From Geopsychrobacteraceae bacterium (GTDB lineage Bacteria; Desulfobacterota; Desulfuromonadia; Desulfuromonadales; Geopsychrobacteraceae), in contig OY759353.1 in the NCBI GenBank assembly GCA_963662315.1, forward strand, positions 1,600,001 to 1,664,000: a stretch of 64,000 nt of DNA. Reading direction: 5' to 3'. Under the pieces are notes generated by a model. It was given only the letters and a program-made list of their open reading frames with translations, was not told where the DNA came from and searched no databases. The translations under genes and the position numbers were made by a program. Shown here piece after piece: positions 28,918 through 38,969 of this stretch (positions within the stretch are counted from its first letter, which is position 1; every line of letters begins with the position of its first letter).

Positions 28918-30087
28918 ATGGGCTTTTTTTCCCCTTCTTCCAGTATTTGCTATTTTCAGGTCAGTGGCGACTTTGACTCTGACAATAAATATGATGACCT
29001 GCTTGAAAAACTAACCGCTGAGGGCTTTCGTTCTATTGAAAATTCAGCCGAAGAATTAGCTACCGGCTGGGTTCAGATCAGCGACTATGACAATGGTGAT
29101 TTTAACAACGGTGGGGCAGCCTGGTTTGATCACTTTCTCTGTTTCAGCCTCAGACAGGACCGCCGCCGGGTTCCCGCAGCGCTACTGAAGCGACAGGTCA
29201 ATCGCCTGAGTGAACAGTTCCTGGCCGAAAAACCTGGCCTCAGATATGTGCCAAAGGCCGAAAAGGAACAGATTCGCGAGCGGGCGCGGATACAACTGAT
29301 GACAAAAACCCTGCCATCCCCTTCGTTTTACGATGTCATATGGGATACCGACCGCCAGCTGATCAGATTCTGCTCCCTGGGCCAGACTCTGGTCGATACA
29401 TTTCAGGGCCTGTTCCATCAGACATTCCCTGGGCTGCGTCTGCAGTTACTTCATCCACTTGCTCGTGCTGCCCAACTGATCCCCGAAGAACATCTCAGTG
29501 AACAGTTACAAAAAGAAAACCAGGCCGCAACCGACAGCGTTCTGGAACAGATTGAAGCAAATCGCTGGTTGGGTAACGACTTTCTGCTCTGGCTGTTCTA
29601 TCGCACCCTTAACAGTGATTCTCGCTACCAGGTAAAAACCGCAGGGCCGTTATTGGACAAACAGCCATTCACAGCGTTTCTCGATAATCGCCTGGTCCTG
29701 GTCGGTGGTGGCCAGGAAGGCGTCCAGAAAATCGTTGTCGCCGGACCACAAGATCATTACATGGAGGCAAAAACTGCACTGTTGCAGGGCAAACAGATCG
29801 AGGAAGCGATTCTTCATTTTCAACACGATGAAGACAACGCCTGGAAACTGACGCTGAAAGGTGAGCGCTTCCAATTTGGCGGCTATCGTACCCCGATGAT
29901 CAAACCGGAATCATCTCCAGATGATGATCCCCAGGCAGAACTCATTGCCAGTTTCCTGACTAAAATGGCCGCCACAGAAGAAGGGGAGCAGATGTTTAAC
30001 AGTATTCTGCGCGATTTTTTGGAAGCCCGTCTCGGCAGTGACTGGAAAACGACCCTGGCAACCATCAATAACTGGCTGAAAGAGTAA
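28918..30087 (+). CDS. rdgC: Recombination-associated protein RdgC family
   Basis: GWV, LRQDRRRVPAALLK, LGNDFLLWL, EAKTALLQGKQI. Confidence 0.72.
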   Translation: MGFFSPSSSICYFQVSGDFDSDNKYDDLLEKLTAEGFRSIENSAEELATGWVQISDYDNGDFNNGGAAWFDHFLCFSLRQDRRRVPAALLKRQVNRLSEQFLAEKPGLRYVPKAEKEQIRERARIQLMTKTLPSPSFYDVIWDTDRQLIRFCSLGQTLVDTFQGLFHQTFPGLRLQLLHPLARAAQLIPEEHLSEQLQKENQAATDSVLEQIEANRWLGNDFLLWLFYRTLNSDSRYQVKTAGPLLDKQPFTAFLDNRLVLVGGGQEGVQKIVVAGPQDHYMEAKTALLQGKQIEEAILHFQHDEDNAWKLTLKGERFQFGGYRTPMIKPESSPDDDPQAELIASFLTKMAATEEGEQMFNSILRDFLEARLGSDWKTTLATINNWLKE

Positions 30088-30198
30088 TCCACCCAGCGCC
30101 TGGCACTGTGAAGCTTATTAAGCTGGCGTATTAACAACTGACAGCCATGTTATGCTTAAAAATACAAAGAGTCTGACATCTAATCAGTTGAGGCCTTC

Positions 30199-32325
30199 AT
30201 GAAATTTCGCACCAGACTGCTTATTCTGCTCCTGATTGTGGCCCTGGTTCCGCTGAGCGTCAGTTTTTTCGTGCAGCGGACCACAATTCTTCACTTTGGC
30301 AATAAGCTTGCCGAGGATACCCGATCGTTGTTGGGCAACAGTGCGGAAACCCTGCTCCACTCTCTGGTGGGTAACTATGGCCGGATTTTGAAACGTGACC
30401 GCACCATGGCGCTGCTGACCCTGCAGAGCCAGGCGCGGGCAGTTGAATATCAACTGGCTCTGCCCCTGCCGGAACATTCGGAAAAAATCTATTTCGCCGC
30501 AGATTATGACCATCGTGAAACCCAACCGGAAGACCTGCAGATATCCCAAAGTCACCTGCGTGAAGACGACAACGGCAAACTGACCCCCATCCCCATTTCA
30601 TTCTCACAACAGGTAATCTTTCTAGCTCGCGGAGCCGACCGCGAAAAACAGGCAGACTCTATAGCCCGGCTCAGTGCTATGGCCCGCGTATACCGCAATT
30701 TGCACAATATTCAACCAAACCTGTTCCTGTGGCAATATACAGCCCTGGATTCGGGCGTCCATTCCAGCTATCCGGGTAAAGGCGGCTACCCTGCTGAGTA
30801 TGACCCCCGTAAACGCGAGTGGTACCAGGCGGCGATTAACCATGAAGGTGTTTCTCAACGTATTTTAACTGACGTGACAACCGGAGCTCTCATTCTAACC
30901 CTGGCCATGCCGATTCATAACCCCAATGGCTCGGTGGCCGGAGTGACTGCTGTTGATATTGATTACCGTCAATTTTTTTCCGATTGGAAGATTCCTGCGG
31001 ATTGGGCAGATACGGCTCAAAGCATGGTTCTGATTTTTCATGACGAAACCGATAAACGCAGCACGACCCTTGAAGTTCTGCTGGAAAACAATAAAGAAAA
31101 TACCACGCACAATTGGCAAAAAAGTGTCAAACAGCGCTTTATTGACCTGAGTGATGACCGGTTTACAGCAATTTACCATGATTTAAGAAGCGGCAGATCC
31201 GGGGTCAAAAAAGTAGCGTTTGGGGGGCAGGAGACCCTCTGGGCCTACGGAAGCCGGGCTGGGAAAGAGCCGTTTCCGCTGGTCATCGTCCCTTACAACA
31301 GAATCCTTTCTGCGGCCCAGAATGCCGAGAAATACGTCAACAGCCAGATTGCCCAAAGCCTGACCATAAGTGCCCTTCTGACTGTCGTTGTCGTGCTTGG
31401 GGCTATTGTTGTCGCCCTGCTCAGAGCAGGCAAAGTCACCCGCCCGGTAATGCAGCTTTCCCAGGCCGCAGAACGCCTTGCTCAAGGAGATTTTTCCGCC
31501 AGAGTCCCAACAGGAAGCGGTGATGAAATTGACAATCTCGGGCGCATCTTTAACGATCTTGGTGTGCGCCTGGAGGAACGTGAACAGTTGAAACAGTCGC
31601 TGGCCCTGGCGAAAGAAATACAGCAGCATCTGTTGCCAGACAAAGCCCCCAACTGCCCCGGCTTTGACCTGATCGGCAGAAGCGTTTACTGTGATGAAAC
31701 AGGTGGAGACTATTATGACTTTATCAGGTCTGATGAAAGTGACAACCTGGGTGTGGTCGTCGGGGATGTCTCCGGTCACGGTATTGGTCCGGCACTGGTA
31801 ATGGCCACCGCCAGAGGTGCCGTCCACTCCCTGGCGGGCAACGGTGGCATGCCTCTTTCCAGACTGTTTCACAAATTGAACGGCTACCTGTGTCGTGGTA
31901 CCTCAGACTCTTCCTTTATGACCCTCTTCTATGGCAACCTTAATCATCAGCGTAGAACCCTTGAATGGCTTTCGGCCGGCCATGCGCCAGTGTTTCTGCT
32001 GCAGAATAATCAGATTTATGATTTGGCCAGTTCTGGAATACCCCTCGGCATCAGTGATGTGGCTACTTTTGAAAACAGCACTACCATCCACTTCAATCAG
32101 GGAGATATCCTTTTTATAGGGACAGATGGTATCTGGGAAACCCGCGACAGCAGCGATGCCATGTTCGGAACTGAGCGCCTTAAGGAACTGCTGTGGAATT
32201 ACCGGCAGCTGTCGGCAACCCAAATCGCTGATGCCATACTGACAGAAATCAACCTGTTCCGTGGCGAAGCGGCCATTGAAGATGATATCACCTTGCTGAT
32301 CATCAAAGCACTTGATGCCGAGTAA
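30199..32325 (+). CDS. Membrane PP2C/SpoIIE phosphatase with Cache and HAMP domains
   Basis: Two TM helices, YDPRKREWY Cache motif, HAMP, GGDYYD, DVSGHG, AGH, TDG, DDIT. Confidence 0.92.
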   Translation: MKFRTRLLILLLIVALVPLSVSFFVQRTTILHFGNKLAEDTRSLLGNSAETLLHSLVGNYGRILKRDRTMALLTLQSQARAVEYQLALPLPEHSEKIYFAADYDHRETQPEDLQISQSHLREDDNGKLTPIPISFSQQVIFLARGADREKQADSIARLSAMARVYRNLHNIQPNLFLWQYTALDSGVHSSYPGKGGYPAEYDPRKREWYQAAINHEGVSQRILTDVTTGALILTLAMPIHNPNGSVAGVTAVDIDYRQFFSDWKIPADWADTAQSMVLIFHDETDKRSTTLEVLLENNKENTTHNWQKSVKQRFIDLSDDRFTAIYHDLRSGRSGVKKVAFGGQETLWAYGSRAGKEPFPLVIVPYNRILSAAQNAEKYVNSQIAQSLTISALLTVVVVLGAIVVALLRAGKVTRPVMQLSQAAERLAQGDFSARVPTGSGDEIDNLGRIFNDLGVRLEEREQLKQSLALAKEIQQHLLPDKAPNCPGFDLIGRSVYCDETGGDYYDFIRSDESDNLGVVVGDVSGHGIGPALVMATARGAVHSLAGNGGMPLSRLFHKLNGYLCRGTSDSSFMTLFYGNLNHQRRTLEWLSAGHAPVFLLQNNQIYDLASSGIPLGISDVATFENSTTIHFNQGDILFIGTDGIWETRDSSDAMFGTERLKELLWNYRQLSATQIADAILTEINLFRGEAAIEDDITLLIIKALDAE

Positions 32326-32398
32326 AGATCAGGATTGATCTCAAAACGTAGCAGGGTCTCGTGAATAATTGAGAATGTTATTTATCCAGAAGAGGGAA

Positions 32399-33610
32399 AT
32401 GATGAACCACCTTTGGCGTATCTACCTATTTTTCTGTTTATTATCACTGCCCGCGCTGCCAGCTCTTGCGGCTCAAGTTATGGTGGCCTTTCCTCAACCA
32501 ACGATTACTGCCGGGTCAGTCGTCCAGATGAAAGTCTACTTTCACAATGAAGGACAGAGCCCGGATACTTTTATTATTCCAGAGCAACTGCAATTGTTTA
32601 CTGAAGACAATCAGGAGGCACCACGGATCCTGAGCGCCTTCAGTAACATTAATGAAAGAAATGTGACTCTGAATCCTGGCCAGTTTATGGTTCAGACCTA
32701 TAACCTGGCCCTTCCTTCAGATCTGGCTACGGTTTTCAGCTTTACCCTGGCTGGGTTTCCAGACTCTACCTATACGACATTGATCAGTCCGCCCCAAGCC
32801 ATTCCTGACCAACCGACAACGTCGGTTGTCACTACGGAGAAAACGGATAAACAACCTTCAATACGCGACCTTCAATCTCTTTATCGACCATATGACGCCA
32901 ACTTTTCACCCCACGAACCAACCTATTTTGTTGTCGGTACAGATCCGGCCAAATCCAAATTTCAACTGAGCTTTAAATATCGACTGTTTAACCCCAGCGG
33001 TTCGTTGAGTAGAAGCTATCCCTGGATCAGCGGTTTCCACCTGGGCTATACCCAGACGTCTTATTGGGATCTGGCCGCTGATTCGCTGCCTTTTGAAGAT
33101 ACCAGCTACAAACCAGAACTGCTATACCTGTCTTCCAACCTCAACTTCCGCCCCAGCTGGTTGGATGCCGTTTTTATCCAAACCGCGGTCCAACATGAGT
33201 CAAATGGTCGCGGTGGCGATAGCTCGCGCAGTACCAATTATATTTACACCAAGCCGATTTTTGCCCTCTACGATGAAAGCACACGACTGGGAGTCATGTT
33301 CAGTCCCAAATTCCTCTATTATTTCAACAATGACGATGATACCAATCCAGACCTGTCTGATTATCGTGGCTACATCGATCTGGAAGTGAAAGTCGGCAAA
33401 GCCCAGAGCCTGATGCTGACGACCAACACCCGTTTCGCCAAAAAAGGAACGTCCTTCCAGGCGGATCTGAGTTACCCGATATCCCGCTTATTGGGAAATA
33501 ACTTTGATATCTACCTGCAGCTGCAATACAGCAATGCGTTGGCGGAGAGCCTGCTTCATTATCAGGAACGTACCGAAGCATTACGACTGGGCATTGCCTT
33601 GGTGCGTTAG
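32399..33610 (+). CDS. pldA: Outer-membrane phospholipase A with an extra N-terminal domain
   Basis: KFQLSFKY, YTQTSYW, PF-x-DTSYKPE, catalytic HESNG, SRS-x-N. Confidence 0.85.
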   Translation: MMNHLWRIYLFFCLLSLPALPALAAQVMVAFPQPTITAGSVVQMKVYFHNEGQSPDTFIIPEQLQLFTEDNQEAPRILSAFSNINERNVTLNPGQFMVQTYNLALPSDLATVFSFTLAGFPDSTYTTLISPPQAIPDQPTTSVVTTEKTDKQPSIRDLQSLYRPYDANFSPHEPTYFVVGTDPAKSKFQLSFKYRLFNPSGSLSRSYPWISGFHLGYTQTSYWDLAADSLPFEDTSYKPELLYLSSNLNFRPSWLDAVFIQTAVQHESNGRGGDSSRSTNYIYTKPIFALYDESTRLGVMFSPKFLYYFNNDDDTNPDLSDYRGYIDLEVKVGKAQSLMLTTNTRFAKKGTSFQADLSYPISRLLGNNFDIYLQLQYSNALAESLLHYQERTEALRLGIALVR

Positions 33611-33612
33611 AA

Positions 33613-34260
33613 TTATGACTCCTGAAGCCCTGCTATCTTGCAACCACTTTCGCGGTAATGGTCACGAACGACCTGCTCGATATCAGCAGCGACACCGGAT
33701 CTGACGGCAGAGACAATCAGCCGGTGACGCCGACCTATCTCCTTAGCGTTATAGAGAGAGCTCCAATGTTTGTAGAACAGAACATGACATTTAAGACTGA
33801 GACGATTGGTGTATTCCAGAAGCTGCTGGTTATTGCAAAAGCTGATTAAAAAATCGTGAAACTGGCCGCCAATCTCAACAACCATCTTATGATCCTGCCG
33901 TAAAGCGCAGGCTTCCATGTCATCGACCATCTGATCGAGGCGGGAACAATCCTCTGCAGTGATATTGTGAAAACCAACGGCGATAGCAAACCCTTCCAGG
34001 ACACCCCTGGTGGTATAGCAATCAATAATTTCCTGGGCTGACAAGACCGGAATGAAATTTCCAACCTGTGGGCGGTAATCCACCAACCCATCCATGATCA
34101 GTTCTTTCATGGCCTCACGGATCGGTGCCCTGCTGATCCCCATCTGAACCGCGAGAAGACTCTCTTTAACCTGCTGCCCTGGGACCAGATCGCCCGCCAG
34201 CAGCAGCTGATAAACATAATCAACAACCTGATCTTTATAGGTTTTTTTCACAATCGGCAT
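33613..34260 (-). CDS. GntR family (FCD) transcriptional regulator
   Basis: wHTH ESLLAVQMGISRAPIREA; FCD with FH and RH motifs. Confidence 0.92.
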   Translation of the reverse strand: MPIVKKTYKDQVVDYVYQLLLAGDLVPGQQVKESLLAVQMGISRAPIREAMKELIMDGLVDYRPQVGNFIPVLSAQEIIDCYTTRGVLEGFAIAVGFHNITAEDCSRLDQMVDDMEACALRQDHKMVVEIGGQFHDFLISFCNNQQLLEYTNRLSLKCHVLFYKHWSSLYNAKEIGRRHRLIVSAVRSGVAADIEQVVRDHYRESGCKIAGLQES

Positions 34261-34344
34261 AAGAAAACCCCATCCGTCGACAATCGACACGAAATGCGTA
34301 AACATAGCACAGGTAGGTCATTGGTGCCGATAAAATTGTCGGGA

Positions 34345-35031
34345 TCACAAGAAGCGGGATTCTAATGGGCCATAAGGAGGAATATCTGACTGCTTCAGTA
34401 ACTCCTGAAACCGCGATCGAGGAACTTCACAAGCGCCCATACTCAAGAGATGACTGGTGGTCTGCTGGCAATCCAACATGATAAAGTTGCGTTCTTTAAG
34501 GTACTGAGCTAAAGCAACCAACGCAACTTTAGAACCATTAACCTGACGGCTGAACATCGACTCCCCAAAAAAACAGCCTCCAATGCAGACACCATAGAGA
34601 CCACCAACCAGGTCATCCCCCTGCCAGCATTCAACAGAATGAGCAAAGCCTAATTGATGCAGACGTTTATAGGCGTGAACCATTTCCGGAGAGATCCAGG
34701 TCCCGCTCCCATCGAGGCCGGCACGCAAGCGACGACACCAGTAAATCACCCGGGCAAAATCTTCATTGAAGCTGACCCGGTAAGGTTGCCTGTTGAGAAA
34801 ACGGCGTAAGGATCTTGAGATATGCAATTGTTCTGGAAACAGGACACAACGGGGATCAGGAGACCACCACAAAATTGGCTCGCCCGGATTATACCAGGGG
34901 AAGATCCCCAGACTGTAGGCAAACAGCAAACGCTCTGCGGAAAGATCCCCGCCGACGGCAAGAAGACCGTAATCTTCGGCTTCCGCCACCGGTGGGAACC
35001 AGAGGTCCTTATCAAGCTGGTAACAGGACAT
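34345..35031 (-). CDS. aat: Leucyl/phenylalanyl-tRNA--protein transferase
   Basis: GLLAVGGDL, GIFPW, WWSPDPR, AHSVE, FFGESMFS, DCQ. Confidence 0.97.
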   Translation of the reverse strand: MSCYQLDKDLWFPPVAEAEDYGLLAVGGDLSAERLLFAYSLGIFPWYNPGEPILWWSPDPRCVLFPEQLHISRSLRRFLNRQPYRVSFNEDFARVIYWCRRLRAGLDGSGTWISPEMVHAYKRLHQLGFAHSVECWQGDDLVGGLYGVCIGGCFFGESMFSRQVNGSKVALVALAQYLKERNFIMLDCQQTTSHLLSMGACEVPRSRFQELLKQSDIPPYGPLESRFL

Positions 35032-35042
35032 GCAGCAGAGGA

Positions 35043-37295
35043 TCAGGAATAATTGAAGACAAACTTACCTGACTTAAAGCCGACCTTAACATTCCCTCCA
35101 TCGCGCAGCTCTCCAAACAGAATCTTCGCAGCTAAGGGGTCACTCAGTTCGGCCTGAATCAGACGGCCAAGGGGGCGAGCCCCGTAAATGGGATCATACC
35201 CCTGCTTGGCAAGTTCCCGACGCGCAGCCGGGGTAACCTTGATAGTTACGTCCCGCTCAACCAGCTGCTCAGCTAACTGGCCGATAAATTTATCAACCAC
35301 CAGGAGCATGATGTCTTCATCCAGAGGAGCAAAGTTGACGATCGCGTCAAGCCGATTACGGAACTCTGGAGAGAAGGCTTTATCCGTCGCACGTTTCGGT
35401 GCGATCGTCTCCCTCTCACCAAAACCAATCGGGACGATACTCATTTCCCGACCACCCAGATTACTGGTCATAATCAGAATAACATTACGGAAATCCGTTT
35501 CCTTACCGTTATTATCTGTCAGGGTCCCATGATCCATGACCTGCAACAGGATGTTGAACAGATCCGGATGGGCTTTTTCAATCTCATCAAGCAGCAGGAC
35601 CGACCAGGGATTCTTGCTGACCGATTCGGTCAACAGCCCCCCCTGATCAAAACCGACATACCCCGGAGGCGCACCGATCAACCGGGATACGGCATGTTTT
35701 TCCATGTACTCGCTCATATCAAAGCGCAGGAATTTAACCCCCAGCTGGCTGGCCAGCTGCTTGGCGACTTCGGTCTTGCCAACCCCGGTCGGCCCGGTAA
35801 ACAACAATGAGCCAACTGGCTTATCCGGATGACCAAGACCGGCCCGGGAACGGTGAATCGATTTGACCAGGCTTTCAATCGCCGGATCCTGACCATATAC
35901 CACGCGCTTCAGATCCCGTTCGAGATAGCGCAGGCGCTGACGATCACTGCCGGAAACGGTACGGATCGGAACCCGCGCCATTCGGGCGATTACCCGTTCG
36001 ATTTCTTCCAGACCGATCGGGCGATTCGGGTTACCATCGAGACGGTGCTGAGCGCCGGCCTCGTCAATCACATCAATCGCCTTATCCGGCAAGTGGCGCT
36101 GGGGCAGATGCTTGACCGCCAGTTTAACAGCAGCTTCCAGAGCCTCCTCCGTGTAGGTGACGTTATGGTGTTTTTCATAGCGGGGGCAGAGTCCCTTGAG
36201 AATAGCCAACGTTTCTTCACTGCTCGGTTCGACCAGATCAATCTTCTGGAAGCGCCGCGACAAAGCACGATCCTTGTCGAACAGGTTGCGGTACTCTTCA
36301 TAGGTGGTCGAACCGATACAGCGCAACTCACCAGAACCCAGGGCCGGTTTCAGAATATTGGACGCATCCAGAGACCCGCCGCTGGTCGCCCCGGCCCCGA
36401 CTATCGTGTGAATCTCATCAATAAACAGAATCGCCCGGTCACGCTGCTGAAGGGCACCGACAACCGCCTTCAGCCGCTCTTCAAAATCACCACGGAATTT
36501 GGTTCCGGCGAGCAGTGCCCCCATATCGAGGGTAAATATCTCACTGTCTTTGAGCAGGTCCGGCACTGTTCCTTCGGCAATCCTCAAGGCCAGACCTTCA
36601 GCCATAGCGGTTTTTCCCACCCCCGGTTCACCAACAAAGATAGGATTATTTTTGCGCCGCCGACACAGCACCAGAATCGTCCTCTCCAGTTCCTGTTCAC
36701 GCCCGATCATCGGATCGATCTTCCCTTCCCGGGCGCGTTCCAGCAGGTCGATAGTAAACGATTTAAGCGGATCGGACGGTTTCTGCTTGCTCTTCTGATC
36801 ACTTTGCGGTGCATCTGACGGTCGCTCAGCAGTCTTATCATCCTTCATGCGCGAAGCCGGACCATGAGATATCTGGTCAAGCAGATCAACGCGCTCAATC
36901 CCCTGACTCTGCAGAAAAAAGCAGGCGTGGGAATTTTCTTCTTCCAGGATCGCCGCCAGCAGATCCCCTACTCCGACCTCATTCTGTTGCGAAGACTGCA
37001 TATGCAACACCGTGCGTTGCAGCATGCGTTGCAGTGCCAGGGTCTGACGTGGCACCTCTTCACGATCAATCCCTTCTGGGAGGTTCTCCAGATGCATATC
37101 GAAATAATTTTCGAGCTGTTGTTTCAACTCATCAATATCACCGCCACATGCCGTTAGGATCTGTTGACCAATCCCTTCAAACAATAATGCGTAGAGAACG
37201 TGTTCCGTCGTTAAATATTCATGACGTCTGCGTTGCGCTTCACGCACCGCCAAGGTAAATGCTATTTGTACGTCTTGATTAAACATTTCAGCCAC
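35043..37295 (-). CDS. clpA: ATP-dependent Clp protease ATP-binding subunit
   Basis: Two AAA+ modules (GEPGVGKT, GPTGVGKT), RLIGAPPGYVG, no ClpB middle domain; clpS and aat context. Confidence 0.97.
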   Translation of the reverse strand: MAEMFNQDVQIAFTLAVREAQRRRHEYLTTEHVLYALLFEGIGQQILTACGGDIDELKQQLENYFDMHLENLPEGIDREEVPRQTLALQRMLQRTVLHMQSSQQNEVGVGDLLAAILEEENSHACFFLQSQGIERVDLLDQISHGPASRMKDDKTAERPSDAPQSDQKSKQKPSDPLKSFTIDLLERAREGKIDPMIGREQELERTILVLCRRRKNNPIFVGEPGVGKTAMAEGLALRIAEGTVPDLLKDSEIFTLDMGALLAGTKFRGDFEERLKAVVGALQQRDRAILFIDEIHTIVGAGATSGGSLDASNILKPALGSGELRCIGSTTYEEYRNLFDKDRALSRRFQKIDLVEPSSEETLAILKGLCPRYEKHHNVTYTEEALEAAVKLAVKHLPQRHLPDKAIDVIDEAGAQHRLDGNPNRPIGLEEIERVIARMARVPIRTVSGSDRQRLRYLERDLKRVVYGQDPAIESLVKSIHRSRAGLGHPDKPVGSLLFTGPTGVGKTEVAKQLASQLGVKFLRFDMSEYMEKHAVSRLIGAPPGYVGFDQGGLLTESVSKNPWSVLLLDEIEKAHPDLFNILLQVMDHGTLTDNNGKETDFRNVILIMTSNLGGREMSIVPIGFGERETIAPKRATDKAFSPEFRNRLDAIVNFAPLDEDIMLLVVDKFIGQLAEQLVERDVTIKVTPAARRELAKQGYDPIYGARPLGRLIQAELSDPLAAKILFGELRDGGNVKVGFKSGKFVFNYS

Positions 37296-37616
37296 TTAAG
37301 CCTCCTCTAAGGTACAACGTAAGGGAAACCCTGCTTTACGGGCCTTCATACGAACCTGATCAGCCTTTGTTTCGGCAATTGCAAAAGGGAACGTGCCACA
37401 ATGACCCACCCCCTGAAAATGTATCGTCAGCATGATTTTTTCAGCATCAGTCGCTGACTTACGGAATATTGTCTGTAAGACCTCAACGACAAATTCCATC
37501 GTGGTATAATCATCATTGTGCATCAAAACCTTGTAAAGAGAGGGTGTTTCAACATACTCTTTGGTCTTGACCTGAATCTTGATTTTATTACCGGATTTCG
37601 TATCTGAGTTCGCCAT
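37296..37616 (-). CDS. clpS: Clp protease adaptor
   Basis: YKVLMHNDDYTTMEFVV, FPLRC. Confidence 0.97.
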   Translation of the reverse strand: MANSDTKSGNKIKIQVKTKEYVETPSLYKVLMHNDDYTTMEFVVEVLQTIFRKSATDAEKIMLTIHFQGVGHCGTFPFAIAETKADQVRMKARKAGFPLRCTLEEA

Positions 37617-37700
37617 AGTTGTTATCGATCCTTTATTCTTTGACGTTTGTAATCTTAGCACAAAGAAGCACGTGCGAACAGTCCACCATGGAGAGAAAAG

Positions 37701-38072
37701 ATGAACAGACCGTCAAATAATCGCAGCAGACGCCCTGACCCGTTACTGCGCTTATTATCTGTGTGTAACGGGCTGGCGGTAGTCTCTTTGGCAGCAGCAC
37801 TCGTGGTAACGGCAATTGCCAAGCCACAACTGGAAACATTCTTTGACCGTTATTACAATCTGACTCTGCGTACCACCTGGAATATGGAGCTTGCCAACTA
37901 TATCGGCGTCCTGCTGGTCTGCAGCTTCATCATCAGCGTCATCGGCCTGATCATCAACAGTAAACGGCTTAAGCGTAAAGATGACTATATTCGCGCTACC
38001 CTGGTTCTGAGCCTGGTTATTTCACTGGTGGCCTTCGGATACTTTTTACGCCTGGCGGCATCTCAAGGGTAA
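37701..38072 (+). CDS. Hypothetical three-TM membrane protein
   Basis: GGAG RBS; three hydrophobic segments; AKPQ-ETFFDRYY motif. Confidence 0.75.
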   Translation: MNRPSNNRSRRPDPLLRLLSVCNGLAVVSLAAALVVTAIAKPQLETFFDRYYNLTLRTTWNMELANYIGVLLVCSFIISVIGLIINSKRLKRKDDYIRATLVLSLVISLVAFGYFLRLAASQG

Positions 38073-38764
38073 AGATCGGCCCACTGCAACCTATTCACGC
38101 CGAACAGATCGCCAGCAGAGTCGCTATCGTCAATATTCTGCTGTAAAAGATAGCGAACCAGCCCGGTCAGCTGAAAGCTGCGATCATCCCATCCCCGTTT
38201 AGCTAAACCTGCCGTCACCCCCATAAACATGGCTTCGTATAACCGTTGTTGAAACTGATGCATCAAAACCCGCCCCTGTGCCCCGGAAATCGGTAATTGA
38301 AGAGCATCAATACACTGCTGGACATCCGTCGATGTCACACTGCGACACAGTAGCGGCCGTACCGGATAAATACTGCAGCACAGATCCGTCCCGAGAAAAG
38401 CACACGATCGCTGACAGGCGAGTCGTTCCTCATCGTCAAGTCCACGAATGACCTGCCACAGCTGATCAAGCTTTTCCTGTTGCCGAACCAGTAAAGGTCC
38501 TGGCAATTGGCGTATAAATCGGACAATAATTAACGCCTCGGGAATCGATATTGACACGTTCACGACACAACAATAGCCACACCCAGGCCCACAAGCGATC
38601 AAATCACGTTGGCCCGACCGATCCTCAACCAGCATCTTCTCCGCCTCCGCAAAAGAGACCTTCAGAGCCTGGTCAAGCGCCGCCAAGGGACGCTCTGCCA
38701 TGCAGGCAGCAAAAATTCTTTGACTGACCAGGTCCTGCACATCAGACAGAGATGGGTTCGCCAT
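38063..38764 (-). CDS. YkgJ family cysteine-cluster (CxxxCxxCC) protein
   Basis: ACGPGCGYCC, CAFL, CSIYPVRPLLCR. Confidence 0.88.
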   Translation of the reverse strand: MANPSLSDVQDLVSQRIFAACMAERPLAALDQALKVSFAEAEKMLVEDRSGQRDLIACGPGCGYCCVVNVSISIPEALIIVRFIRQLPGPLLVRQQEKLDQLWQVIRGLDDEERLACQRSCAFLGTDLCCSIYPVRPLLCRSVTSTDVQQCIDALQLPISGAQGRVLMHQFQQRLYEAMFMGVTAGLAKRGWDDRSFQLTGLVRYLLQQNIDDSDSAGDLFGVNRLQWADLYP

Positions 38765-38969
38765 TGAATACTCCTTTTATTGGGTATCTCCAACCGCTCT
38801 GAAAACGGTTATTCAGTGTCAGGATAAATACATATCCCCTCTCTTCTTCTTTACAATTCTACCTGCTAACAGGGCGCACCACAAACCAACAACTTGTTGT
38901 ATACAATCCGCTCTGCTATTGTTGGTCGAGCCTGTAACGCATTGCTTCTACTGCCTGAAAGGAACGGAC

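Noticed and set aside
35829..36818. 329-aa plus-strand ORF, and similar antisense ORFs over purH, purD, ffh and the CoA ligase
   Set aside because: Antisense shadows of conserved genes with no recognisable motifs
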